Below are positions 32,928 through 42,351 of a DNA stretch of 64,000 bases, piece after piece. The stretch is from an uncultured Planctomycetota bacterium. GTDB taxonomy: Bacteria; Planctomycetota; Planctomycetia; Isosphaerales; Isosphaeraceae. A program made the translations under genes and the position numbers. How positions within the stretch are numbered: position 1 is the stretch's first letter; each line of letters starts with the position of its first letter. Below the pieces are notes generated by a model. That model made no database searches. It was not told where the DNA came from and worked only from the letters and a program-made list of their open reading frames with translations. The stretch lies in assembly GCA_963845755.1 (NCBI GenBank), contig CAWJTV010000009.1, positions 256,001 to 320,000 on the forward strand, read 5' to 3'.

Positions 32928-33389
32928 ATGACACAACAGACGATCAGGACCTGCCTCTGGTTCGACGGGAACGCCGAGGAGGCCGCCGAGTTCTACGTCT
33001 CAGTCATCAAGGAGTCCGGTATCTCGAGCATCACCCCCGGCCCAACCGGCGCGGCGCTTGTCGTCGCGTTCCGGCTGGCCGGAGCCGAGTTCCTCGCCCT
33101 GAATGGAGGGCCGACGTTCCAGTTCAACGAGGCGGTGTCGCTGTCAGTGGACTGCCGGTTGCAGGAAGAGCTGGACGAGCTGTGGGAGAAGTTGTCGGCG
33201 GGCGGCTCGCCGGGGCAGTGCGGTTGGCTCAAGGACCGCTACGGCCTGTCGTGGCAGATCGTTCCCACCATTCTATCGAAGCTCTTCGCGGATACGGATC
33301 GCGGCCGCGTGCAGCGCATGATGGACGCACTGATGGGGATGACGAAGATCGACATCCGGGCCCTCGAGGCTGCGGCCGAGGCGGCGTGA
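32928..33389 (+). CDS. VOC / 3-demethylubiquinone-9 methyltransferase-like (PhnB-like) protein
   Basis: CLWFDGNAEEAAEFY...ALNGGP...CGWLKDRYGLSWQIVP. Confidence 0.9.
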   Translation: MTQQTIRTCLWFDGNAEEAAEFYVSVIKESGISSITPGPTGAALVVAFRLAGAEFLALNGGPTFQFNEAVSLSVDCRLQEELDELWEKLSAGGSPGQCGWLKDRYGLSWQIVPTILSKLFADTDRGRVQRMMDALMGMTKIDIRALEAAAEAA

Positions 33390-33442
33390 GGTGAGGACGG
33401 TCGAGCGATCTCGAAGTGCGAACCGATGTCACGGAGAACGTC

Positions 33443-34198
33443 ATGAGATACATGCTGCTGATCTACGGCGCCGAGAACTCCTGGACCGAGGACGAGCGGC
33501 GGGCCTGCATGATCGAATCCATGGGTATCTGCGACGATCTCGCGGCCCAGGGGAAGTACCTCGGCTCCTCACCGCTCCAGTCGGTCACGACCGCCGCGAG
33601 CGTCCGCGTGCGGGACGGCCGGACGTTCGTCACCGACGGCCCGTTCGCCGAGACGACCGAGCAGCTCGGCGGATACTACATGCTCGACCTGGCCGACCTC
33701 GACGAGGCGATCGCGGTCGCCGCGCGCGTGCCGCCCGCGGCCAAGGGGACCGTCGAGATCCGCCCACTCCTTGCGATGGATGGACTGCCGCCCGATCGAC
33801 CGTTGCCGACCGACGGATTCGACGCGTCGCAGACTCCGTTCCTCTTGCTCTGCTACGACGACGAGGCCGCCTGGGAGGCTGCCGGGCCAGAGGCGCTGGC
33901 CGAGGCCCGCGCTGATACAGCCCTCGCCCGGAGACTCTCGGACGAAGGCCGGTTTCTCAGCGCCTCCCCGCTCCACCCGGCAGCGACGGCCACGTGCGTC
34001 CGCGTGCGAGGCGGCCGGCGCGTGATCACCGATGGCCCTTTTGCAGAGACACACGAGGTCCTGGGCGGCTACTACTTGATTCTGGCCGAGGACCGCGCCG
34101 CGGCCATTCGGCTCGCAGCCCAGCACCCGGGTGCGCGGGTCGGCACCGTCGAGGTGCGTCCGCTGTTCGACCTGTCCCGCCTCAGAAAATCGTCCTGA
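33443..34198 (+). CDS. Tandem double YciI (DGPFAETKE-family) protein
   Basis: Two repeats: TDGPFAETTEQLGGYY and TDGPFAETHEVLGGYY. Confidence 0.9.
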   Translation: MRYMLLIYGAENSWTEDERRACMIESMGICDDLAAQGKYLGSSPLQSVTTAASVRVRDGRTFVTDGPFAETTEQLGGYYMLDLADLDEAIAVAARVPPAAKGTVEIRPLLAMDGLPPDRPLPTDGFDASQTPFLLLCYDDEAAWEAAGPEALAEARADTALARRLSDEGRFLSASPLHPAATATCVRVRGGRRVITDGPFAETHEVLGGYYLILAEDRAAAIRLAAQHPGARVGTVEVRPLFDLSRLRKSS

Positions 34199-34213
34199 TC
34201 AACTCGGCGGGTT

Positions 34214-34243
34214 TGTCGATTCCCGCCGCCCCCGATCGTTTGC
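34214..34243 (+). promoter_or_regulatory. Candidate ECF promoter, copy 3 (degenerate downstream box)
   Basis: TGTCGAT-N13-GATCGTTTGC upstream of the second VOC gene. Confidence 0.5.
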
Positions 34244-34319
34244 CTGGCGAGCGTGACGACGGTGGCAAACGGCCGTCGCGTCACACGAGCAAACCACCCC
34301 GAAAAGGCAAGGAGAAACC

Positions 34320-34760
34320 ATGACCGAAACGACGATCACCCCGTATCTGTTCTTCGGCGGCCGCTGCGAAGAGGCGCTGGAGTTCTACCGCAAGGCCCTC
34401 GACGCGGAGGTCGAGATGCTGATGCGCTATGACGAGAGCCCGACGCCACCGCCGCCCGGCATGCTCCAGGCGGGGTTCGAAAGGAAGATCATGCACGCCT
34501 CGTTCCGCGTCCGCGGAGTGCCGCTGATGGCGGCCGACGGCCGCGATGACAAATCGAAGTTCGACGGGCTTTGGCTTGCGCTCGCCCTTCCCTTGGAGGC
34601 GGACGCCCACCGGGCGTTCGACGCCCTCGCCGACGGAGGAAGCATCGAGATGCCGCTCACCAAGACGTTCTGGTCGCCGTGCTACGGCATGGTCACCGAT
34701 CGCTTCGGTCTGGGCTGGATGGTGATGGTCCCCCAGGCCCCGGCTCTTCGGGAAGGATGA
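34320..34760 (+). CDS. VOC/PhnB-family protein
   Basis: ITPYLFFGGRCEEALEFY...IMHASF...TFWSPCYGMVTDRFGLGWMV. Confidence 0.9.
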   Translation: MTETTITPYLFFGGRCEEALEFYRKALDAEVEMLMRYDESPTPPPPGMLQAGFERKIMHASFRVRGVPLMAADGRDDKSKFDGLWLALALPLEADAHRAFDALADGGSIEMPLTKTFWSPCYGMVTDRFGLGWMVMVPQAPALREG

Positions 34761-34927
34761 AGGATGAGTCATCAAACGCCGTAGTCCGGGGTGACGGGAA
34801 TCGAGCCCGGCTCATTCAGCCCTCATCCTTCAGCCTTCAGCTTTCCGAAAAGGCGTAGCCGAGGAACTAGCCTGGTTCGACAGGAATGCGCCTTGCTCTT
34901 TATGATACGGACGCACATATTGAAAGT

Positions 34928-35509
34928 ATGCCGAAGCCATCTCATCGCGAAAAACTGCTGACGGCAGGTCTGCAGGTGGTGATCGAACGAGGGTACTGCG
35001 GCGCCAGCGTCCGCGATATCGTCCAGGCCGCGGGGGTGCCGCAGGGGTCGTTCACCAACCACTTCCGGTCTAAGGAAGCGTTCTGCCTGGAGGTCCTGGA
35101 GCGCTGCTTCGACCTCGTGCGCCAGAACATCGAGAAAACCCTGCGCAACGATGCGATGGCGCCGCTGGAGCGGATGCGGGCGTGGGTGGATCTGCAAATC
35201 CGCTACCTCGAGCAAACCGGCATGCGGAACGGTTGCTTGATCGGCAACTACGGGGTCGAGGCCAGCGAGCATAGCGAAGCGATTCGGCGACGCCTGGTCG
35301 AGATCTTCGCCGAGATCCACGAGTCGGTCGTCTACTGTCTGAAGGCGGCCGTTACGGCCGGCGACTTGTCGTCCGCGACCGACTGCGAACAACTCGCTCA
35401 TTTTCTGTACGCCTCGCTCCAAGGCGCAGTTCTTGAGTCGAAGGTCGGGCGCAGTTCGGCTCCGCTGAAGCGGTTCCAGAAAGTCATCTTCTCGGCCCTG
35501 CTGCGGTGA
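34928..35509 (+). CDS. TetR-family transcriptional regulator (NemR-like)
   Basis: GYCGASVRDIVQAAGVPQGSFTNHFRSKEAF...GCLIGN. Confidence 0.9.
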   Translation: MPKPSHREKLLTAGLQVVIERGYCGASVRDIVQAAGVPQGSFTNHFRSKEAFCLEVLERCFDLVRQNIEKTLRNDAMAPLERMRAWVDLQIRYLEQTGMRNGCLIGNYGVEASEHSEAIRRRLVEIFAEIHESVVYCLKAAVTAGDLSSATDCEQLAHFLYASLQGAVLESKVGRSSAPLKRFQKVIFSALLR

Positions 35510-35527
35510 ACCTATATGTTCGATCAG

Positions 35528-35556
35528 TTGACGTTCAATACGGTCGTACGTATTAT
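35528..35556 (+). promoter_or_regulatory. sigma70 promoter with an overlapping palindromic operator
   Basis: TTGACG-N17-TATTAT; imperfect palindrome AATACGGTCGTACGTATT, similar to ATACGGACGCACATAT at 34905-34920. Confidence 0.65.
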
Positions 35557-35752
35557 TGCCGAAGAGCGGGCTATCGGGCCATTCGCCATTTGGGCAAGGC
35601 GCGACAGCCAGGATCGGCGGCTGGGCCACGCGGCCGTGAAGTCCTCCGTGGCGGCGCACACAACATCACGCCGCAGTCGGAGCACTGGCCGATGAGCCGC
35701 CGCGGATTCTTGACGGACCATTGCACCCGGGACACACAGCTAGGAGGCACCT

Positions 35753-36509
35753 GTGAACACCACACATGAAAGACCACTGGCAGGCAAGGTCGCGCTCATC
35801 ACGGGCGGTTCGCGTGGCATCGGTGCCGCGATCGCCAAGCGCCTGGCCGCGGACGGCGCCAGCGTCGCCGCCACCTACTCCAAAGGCGCTGACGCAGCGG
35901 CGTCCGTTGTCAAAGAGATTGAACGCGGAGGCGGAAAGGCGATCGCGATCCAGGCGGACGCCGCCGACGCCGATGCCGTCAGGAACGCCGTCGAACAGGA
36001 CGGTCACGACACTGGGTCGGCTCGACGTGCTGGTGAACAACGCCGGCACGGTCATTCCGATGACAGTAGAGGAGACGACTCTTGCGGACTTCGATCGGGT
36101 CTTTGCGGTCAACGTCCGCGGCGTCTTCGTCGCGACGCAGGCGGCGCTCAAGCACCTGAAGACTGGCGGGCGAATCATCATGATCGGCTCCTGCCTGGGT
36201 GAGCGCGTGATGATGCCCGGCATGGCGCCCTACTCGGCAACCAAAGGGGCCGTCAAGATGTTCACGCAAGGGCTGGCACGGGAGCTCGGAGCGCGCGGCA
36301 TTACGGTCAACAATGTTCAGCCGGGGCCCATTGACACCGATCTGAACCCCGCCTCAGGCGAGTGGGCCGCAGGCCAGAAGGCGGTCGTTCCGCTTGATCG
36401 GTATGGACACGCCGACGAGGTCGCGGCGCTGGTCGCGTTCGTCGCCGGTCCGGAGTCGTCATACATCAACGGTGCGAACCTGACGGTCGACGGCGGCACC
36501 AACGCTTAA
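35753..36509 (+). CDS. Short-chain dehydrogenase/reductase; frameshift near 36000
   Basis: [19 protein letters not shown] and VDGG motifs. Confidence 0.88.
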
Positions 36510-36550
36510 CTAACCTCAAGCTTGGTAGTCGGTCAACGGGAGGAACGAAA

Positions 36551-37281
36551 ATGGGCAAGCTGCAAGGAAAAGTGGCAGTGATCACCGGGGGCACGGAAGG
36601 GATCGGGTTGGCTACGGCAAAGCTTTTCGTCAAAGAGGGCGCATTCGTCTTCATTACGGGCCGCCGCCAGAAGGAACTCGATGAGGCCGTGAAGGCAATC
36701 GGCCCCAACGCTTCTGGAGTTCAGGGAGACGTTGCCAAATTGGCTGACCTTGATCGTCTTTACGGGACCGTCTCTAAAGTGAAGGGGCGAATCGATATTG
36801 TTTTCGCCAACGCCGGCGTTGGCGAATTTGTTTCCTTTGGGGCCGTCACCGAAGAGCATTTCGACAAACTATTCAACATCAATGTGAGGGGAAGTTGTTC
36901 ACGGTGCAAAAGGCCTTACCGCTACTGAATGATGGTGGCTCTATCATTCTCAACGGCTCCGTCGCGAGCGTGAAGGGTACTGCTGCCTTCGGCGTCTACG
37001 CCGCGAGTAAGGCTGCCATCCGCTCTTTCGTGCGGACCTGGACTACAGATCTGAAGGACCGTCGTATCCGTTCAAACGTTGTTAGTCCGGGTCCGATCAA
37101 TACCCAACTGGCGAGTCGGCAATCCGCGGACGTGATTGGGCGGATTGTGTCCACCATCCCGATGGGACGCATGGGGGAACCCGAGGAAGTTGCCAAGGCG
37201 GCGTCGTTTCTGGCGTCGGATGACTCCAGTTTTGTCACCGGTATCGAACTATTCGTTGACGGCGGCAGAGCCCAGGTCTAA
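36551..37281 (+). CDS. Short-chain dehydrogenase/reductase; frameshift near 36890
   Basis: [18 protein letters not shown] and VDGG motifs. Confidence 0.88.
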
Positions 37282-37301
37282 CCGAAAGGACGGAGGATGC
37301 C

Positions 37302-38192
37302 ATGTATGTGATTTTGGGGGCGAGCGGGCACACCGGCTCCATCATCGCCAATTCCCTGCTATTGAAGGGCGAGAAGGTGCGTGTCGTGGGGCGCGACACG
37401 GGGCGACTCCAGTCCTTTGTGCGCAAGGGCGCGGAAGCGTTCACGGCCAACGTGAGCGATGCGACTGCGCTCGCCGAAGCCTTCAGCGGGGCACACGCGG
37501 CATACTTGATGTTGCCGCCGGTGGCCTCCCGGGAGGACCAGGAGCGACAGAGCGATGCGATCGCGAAAGCCGTGAAAGAGTCCGGCCTGCGCTACGCGGT
37601 GCACTTGAGCAGCTACGGCGCACATGTTCCGGAAGGCACCGGGCCAATCGCGGGGCTGCATTCTTCGGAGCAAAAACTGAACGCCATCCGTGGTCTGAAC
37701 GTCCTGCACCTGCGCGCCGCGTATTTCATGGAGAATCATCTGGCGGCGATCGCCATGATTCATGGGACGGGAATGTTCGGAGGTGCGCTGCTACCCGATC
37801 TGAAGCTGCCCATGATCGCGACGCGCGACATCGGCGACTACGCCGCGCAGCGCCTCGTGGACCTGGATTTTTCCGGCAAACCAACGCGCGAGCTGCTGGG
37901 CGAGCGCGACCTGTCGATGACGGAAGCGACCGCGGTGATCGGGCGAGGCATTGGCAAACCGGATCTGCGTTACGAGCAGTTTCCGTATGACCAGGTGCAG
38001 CAGGTGTTGACGCAGATGGGGATTCCGCCGACGACCGCCGCGGTGTACATCGAGATGTACAAGGCCATCAACGCAGGCGTCGTCGCTCCGCAGGAGCCGC
38101 GCTCGCCGGAGAACAGCACACCGACTTCGTTTGAACAATTTGTGCAGGATGTCTTCGCGACTGCGTATCACGGGAAGGCTCCCGCCGCTTAG
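37302..38192 (+). CDS. NmrA-like NAD(P)-binding protein
   Basis: GASGHTG, LRAAYFMEN and IATRDIG. Confidence 0.88.
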   Translation: MYVILGASGHTGSIIANSLLLKGEKVRVVGRDTGRLQSFVRKGAEAFTANVSDATALAEAFSGAHAAYLMLPPVASREDQERQSDAIAKAVKESGLRYAVHLSSYGAHVPEGTGPIAGLHSSEQKLNAIRGLNVLHLRAAYFMENHLAAIAMIHGTGMFGGALLPDLKLPMIATRDIGDYAAQRLVDLDFSGKPTRELLGERDLSMTEATAVIGRGIGKPDLRYEQFPYDQVQQVLTQMGIPPTTAAVYIEMYKAINAGVVAPQEPRSPENSTPTSFEQFVQDVFATAYHGKAPAA

Positions 38193-38259
38193 GCTCAGCC
38201 CAGGTGGCACCGGTCGCGCCTGTTTTCCGGCGAGAATTACGGGAAATGGCTTCTGAGAC

Positions 38260-38410
38260 GTGGACTATATGCTGAACTTCGCCGAGGCGACGCTCCTGAG
38301 CACGATCAAGATCCGCCAGGTTGGCTTCGCGGATCGCGTCGACACTCATCAGAGCTTGCGGCGACAGCTTACCAGGTTGCGGGAGATGCGAATGATTCCG
38401 CAACAGGCTT
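38260..38410 (+). pseudogene. C-terminal remnant of a PRISE-like atypical SDR
   Basis: STIKIRQVGFADRVDTHQSLRRQLTRLREMRMIP. Confidence 0.45.
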
Positions 38411-38437
38411 TGGTCTTCGCCCGTGAGAGGGATTCGG

Positions 38438-39370
38438 ATGGTCGCACCGACTGAAGACTATTCCCCGGATCACGATGGCGGAAAGTTTACTCTGATCTTG
38501 GCCACGGTTGCGACGTGGAGAGCGCCGGCGTTCCTGGAGAACCTCGCGATCGATGCTGAGGGTGCGGTATTCGTCACCGTCTATTCGCACAAGCGCGTCG
38601 ATCGCTACGATCCGGCGACACGCGCGACGACCACGTTTTCGGAAGTTCCGGCACCGCCGATGGGACTCGTGTTTGATGCCAGCGACGTGCTTTGGGTGAC
38701 CGGCGGAACACTGCGCGAGGGGCCTGGATATATCTGGCGAGTCGAGCCGAGTGGTGCCGTCCGCCAATGGTGTGAAGTTCCGGACGCCACCTTCATGAAC
38801 GGCTGCACGATGCATCCGAATGGGCGAACGCTTTTGGCCTGCGAGAGCGGCTCCGGCCGTATTCTCGCGATCGATTTGGACAAGCCTGGCCGATGGGATG
38901 TCTGGCTTCAGGGGGATCGGATCAGGTCGCTTGTCCCCGGGTATCCGGGGGCGAACGGGATCAAGATCCGCGATGGTTGGGCGTGGATCAGTGTCTCAGG
39001 ACGCAGGTTGATCGCCCGCGTGTCATTCCAACCGGATGGCTCCGCTGGCGATATCGAAATAGCAGCAACGCGCCTCTTGGCCGACGACATCGCATTCGGG
39101 ATATCTGGTTCGGCCTACGTCACCACGCATCCCGAACACACGCTGGTTCGCCTCGACCCGTCAGGCGCTCGCACGACATTGGCAGGCCCCGAACAGGGTA
39201 TGGTCGGGAGCACGGCCTACGCCTTCGGAAAAGCGCCCGGCGACGAGAAGGCGCTCTATGTAACGACCGATGGCGGCTTTCTGATTCCCCACGAAAGTGG
39301 CATCCAGGACGCCAAACTGGTACGGATGGAAGTCGGCGAATCGGGCTGGCCCCTGTTGCAAGGAGTGTGA
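38438..39370 (+). CDS. SMP-30/gluconolactonase-like beta-propeller protein
   Basis: FLENLAID, FMNG, GANGIK and LADDIAF motifs. Confidence 0.8.
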   Translation: MVAPTEDYSPDHDGGKFTLILATVATWRAPAFLENLAIDAEGAVFVTVYSHKRVDRYDPATRATTTFSEVPAPPMGLVFDASDVLWVTGGTLREGPGYIWRVEPSGAVRQWCEVPDATFMNGCTMHPNGRTLLACESGSGRILAIDLDKPGRWDVWLQGDRIRSLVPGYPGANGIKIRDGWAWISVSGRRLIARVSFQPDGSAGDIEIAATRLLADDIAFGISGSAYVTTHPEHTLVRLDPSGARTTLAGPEQGMVGSTAYAFGKAPGDEKALYVTTDGGFLIPHESGIQDAKLVRMEVGESGWPLLQGV

Positions 39371-39375
39371 CGGAA

Positions 39376-40311
39376 ATGATCCGCATAGCCATCCTGGACG
39401 ATTATCAAAACGTGTCGCTGGAGATGGCCGACTGGTCGCCGCTCGCCGGGCGCGCCGTGATCACCGTTTTCAATGACCATTTGTCCGATTTCGACCAAGT
39501 TGTCGAGCGCCTCCTGCCGTTCGACGTGGTCTGCGTCATGCGCGAGCGCACACCGCTGCCTCGGTCAGTCATCGCGCGCCTGCCGCGGCTGAAGCTGATC
39601 GCATCGACCGGTCCTCGCAACGCGGCCATCGATGCGGAGGCCGCGGCCGAGCGAGGTATCGTGGTAGCGCATACGGGATACGATGCACGCTCCACCATCG
39701 AGATGACCTGGGCCCTGATCCTCGCCAGTGTGCGTCAGGTCGCCTTGGAAAATGCACATTTGCGCGCCGGCGGCTGGCAGCTCACGATGGGCGACAGTCT
39801 CCACGGTAAGACGCTTGGCGTTCTCGGCCTCGGCAACATTGGCTCGGAGGTTGCGCGAATCGGCCTCGCGTTCGGCATGGACGTGATCGCCTGGAGCGAG
39901 AATCTCACGTCGGACAGGGCGCGAACATGCGGAGCGCGCCTGGTCTCCAAGGACGAACTCTTCCGGACCACCGACATCGTGACGATCCACCTCGTCCTCA
40001 GCCCCAGAACGAAGGGCCTGGTCGGAGCGGCCGAGCTGCAGGCCATGAAACCATCGGCCAGACTCATCAATACCTCGCGTGGCCCGATCGTTGACGAGCC
40101 GGCGCTCATCGAGGTCTTGCGTGACCGCCGCATTGCTGGCGCGGCGCTCGACGTGTTCGACATCGAGCCCTTGCCGGCGGATCACCCTTTCCGGTCGCTG
40201 GATAACGTCCTATCCACGCCGCATATCGGTTACGTCGCCAGAGACCTCTACAGGATTTTCTTTGGCGATACGGTCAAGAATATCGCGCGATGGTTGGTCC
40301 AACCGGCCTGA
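39376..40311 (+). CDS. D-2-hydroxyacid dehydrogenase family protein
   Basis: IAILDDYQ, GVLGLGNIG, INTSRGPIVDE, LDVFDIEP and TPHIGY. Confidence 0.92.
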   Translation: MIRIAILDDYQNVSLEMADWSPLAGRAVITVFNDHLSDFDQVVERLLPFDVVCVMRERTPLPRSVIARLPRLKLIASTGPRNAAIDAEAAAERGIVVAHTGYDARSTIEMTWALILASVRQVALENAHLRAGGWQLTMGDSLHGKTLGVLGLGNIGSEVARIGLAFGMDVIAWSENLTSDRARTCGARLVSKDELFRTTDIVTIHLVLSPRTKGLVGAAELQAMKPSARLINTSRGPIVDEPALIEVLRDRRIAGAALDVFDIEPLPADHPFRSLDNVLSTPHIGYVARDLYRIFFGDTVKNIARWLVQPA

Positions 40312-40359
40312 ACGATGCGTAACACACCAACGCCGCAGTCGTGAAACGACGAGGAGATC

Positions 40360-40782
40360 ATGATGAGTCAGACGACACAGGAAAGGAATAAGGCACTGGT
40401 ACTCGCGGCCTTCGACTCATTGTTTAACCAGCGGGACTATGAGGCGGCCCAACGGTATTGGTCGCCCAACTACATCCAGCACAGCGCGCATATTGCCCCG
40501 GGCAGGGGCGGCCTTCTTGAGCTCATCAAGAGCATGCCACCGACACTGAAATACGAACCAGGGATGATCGTGGCTGACGGCGACCTCGTGATCGTTCACG
40601 GACGTTTTTCGGGTTTCGGGGCACCCGTGAATTGGGTCGTGGCAGATATCCTTCGGATCGAGGACGGGGTCCTCGTCGAGCATTGGGATGTCATTCAGGA
40701 CGAGGCGACTCAAGAGCAATCGAAGAGCGGTAGGCCGATGTTCGGCGACTCGTTTCCGGGCTTTCCAGGAGAACGCTCATGA
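40360..40782 (+). CDS. SnoaL-like (NTF2) protein
   Basis: NKALVLAAFDSLFN...YIQHS...VEHWDVIQ. Confidence 0.88.
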   Translation: MMSQTTQERNKALVLAAFDSLFNQRDYEAAQRYWSPNYIQHSAHIAPGRGGLLELIKSMPPTLKYEPGMIVADGDLVIVHGRFSGFGAPVNWVVADILRIEDGVLVEHWDVIQDEATQEQSKSGRPMFGDSFPGFPGERS

Positions 40783-41525
40783 CGACCCCTGTCGTTTTGA
40801 TTACGGGCGCGCTCACAGGCATCGGGCGTGCCACCGCACTGGCCTTCGCACAAGAGGGCGCGCATCTCGTGGTTTCTGGCCGCCGCGAGGAGGAAGGTGA
40901 GAAGCTCGTCGGGGAACTCCGCAAACTCGGCGCTGAGGCCGAATTCGTACGTTCCGAAGTACGTCACGAAGCCGAAATCCGAAGTCTGGTTGACAGGACC
41001 GTCGCGCGTTTTGGTCGATTGGATGTGGCCGTCAATAACGCCGGTACCGAAGGGGCTCCCGGTCCGGTGACGGCACAAACCGCCGAAACCTAAGCGGCCA
41101 CCTTCGACACCAACGTTCTCGGCACCCTGCTGAGCATGAAGCACGAGTTACGCGTCATGGTGCCCCAGGGACACGGCAGCATCGTCAACGCGTCGTCCAC
41201 ATACGGTCGGGCCGGTGCGGCGGGCGCGTCGGTCTACATTGCCAGCAAGCACGCGGTGGAAGGTCTGACCAAAGCGGCGGCGCTGGAAGTCGCGGAATCC
41301 GGCGTACGCGTCAACGCAGTCGCCCCAGGCCCGATTGAGACCGGGATGCTGAACCGATTCACCGGCACTGCCGAGAAGAAAGCCGCCTTGATCGCCGGCG
41401 TGCCGGCAAAACGCGTCGGCACACCCGAAGAGATCGCTCAGACGATCCTGTTTGTCGCGTCCGACAAGGCATCTTTCATGACGGGTGCATCGATCGCCGT
41501 CGATGGCGGAAAACTGGCTCGCTAA
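40779..41525 (+). pseudogene. SDR with an in-frame TAA at 41091-41093
   Basis: TGALTGIG...NNAG...ET*AATFDTN...YIASK; the frame is preserved across the stop. Confidence 0.8.
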
Positions 41526-41528
41526 CTG

Positions 41529-41590
41529 GCTGTTTCAAAACGGGGACTGGCTCCGAGTCTTCGAGGTGCCTGTCCCCGTTTTGAAACAGC
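41529..41590. repeat. Palindromic REP/MITE-like hairpin repeat, copy 2
   Basis: GCTGTTTCAAAACGGGGAC...GTCCCCGTTTTGAAACAGC right after the SDR stop. Confidence 0.9.
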
Positions 41591-41760
41591 TTCTGATTCG
41601 GTTCGGTCGGTAACCAGGCTGCCCATCGAGCAGGTTCGTGACGGGAGATCGGCATGTATGAATTGTTGACACGAGCCGTGGGAGCACATGGCGGCTTAAG
41701 CCGGATCGGATACCGCGCGGACCCCTTGACAACTGCCGATTGCCTGCGTATACATGCAAT

Positions 41761-42204
41761 ATGAACGCTGAGCACCACAAACCGACCGCCTCCCCTTGCC
41801 TGTGCGGTGCCCTGCGGCAGGCGTCGCGGGCCGTCAGCCGGCTCTATGACGAGGAGTTGCGCGGCATCGGCCTTCGCACGACCCAGTACTCCTTGCTCCA
41901 GTTGCTTCGCCGGTCCGGCGAAGTCCGGCAGCGGGACCTCGCCGAACTGACACTGCACGACGAGACGTCGCTGACCCGCAGCCTCCGTCCGCTCGTGGAC
42001 GCCGGCTGGGTGGCCGTCCGGACGGGGGACGACCGCCGCGAGAAGTGGTTCAAGATCACCTCCGGCGGAGTGGCGAAGCTCGAGGAAGCCCGACCCGCAT
42101 GGGAACGGGCCCAGGTGCGGATGCAGGGGCTGCTGTCGGAGGGGGAATGGCAGCGCCTCCTGGCGGTCCTCCCGGAGATCGCGAAGCTCTCGGCCGGCGT
42201 TTAG
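41761..42204 (+). CDS. MarR-family regulator
   Basis: CLCGALRQASRAVSRLYD...TTQYSLL...DDRREK. Confidence 0.9.
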   Translation: MNAEHHKPTASPCLCGALRQASRAVSRLYDEELRGIGLRTTQYSLLQLLRRSGEVRQRDLAELTLHDETSLTRSLRPLVDAGWVAVRTGDDRREKWFKITSGGVAKLEEARPAWERAQVRMQGLLSEGEWQRLLAVLPEIAKLSAGV

Positions 42205-42270
42205 CGACCCTCAACAAAGGGGACTGGCTCCGAGTCTTCGAGGTGCCTGTCCCCCTTTTTTGAGGGGCTC
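42205..42270. repeat. Palindromic repeat, copy 3 (same core, different outer arms)
   Basis: CGACCCTCAACAAA-GGGGACTGGCTCCGAGTCTTCGAGGTGCCTGTCCCC-CTTTTTTGAGGGGCTC. Confidence 0.85.
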
Positions 42271-42351
42271 TTAAATATTTTCGTCCAAATAGATGCGTAT
42301 ACAGGTTTCTGCCGCGGCCAGAGGGTCGCGGCTTCATGGCTCGGAGGTGAG

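Noticed and set aside
34867..34878. CTAGCCTGG resembling the IS/MITE terminus
   Set aside because: Only 9 nt match and there is no partner end.
41091..41093. In-frame stop in the SDR as possible recoding
   Set aside because: It is TAA, most simply TAC>TAA or a base error, with no recoding signal.
5178..42270. Hairpin repeats as a CRISPR array
   Set aside because: The copies are dispersed, with no regular spacers and no cas genes.
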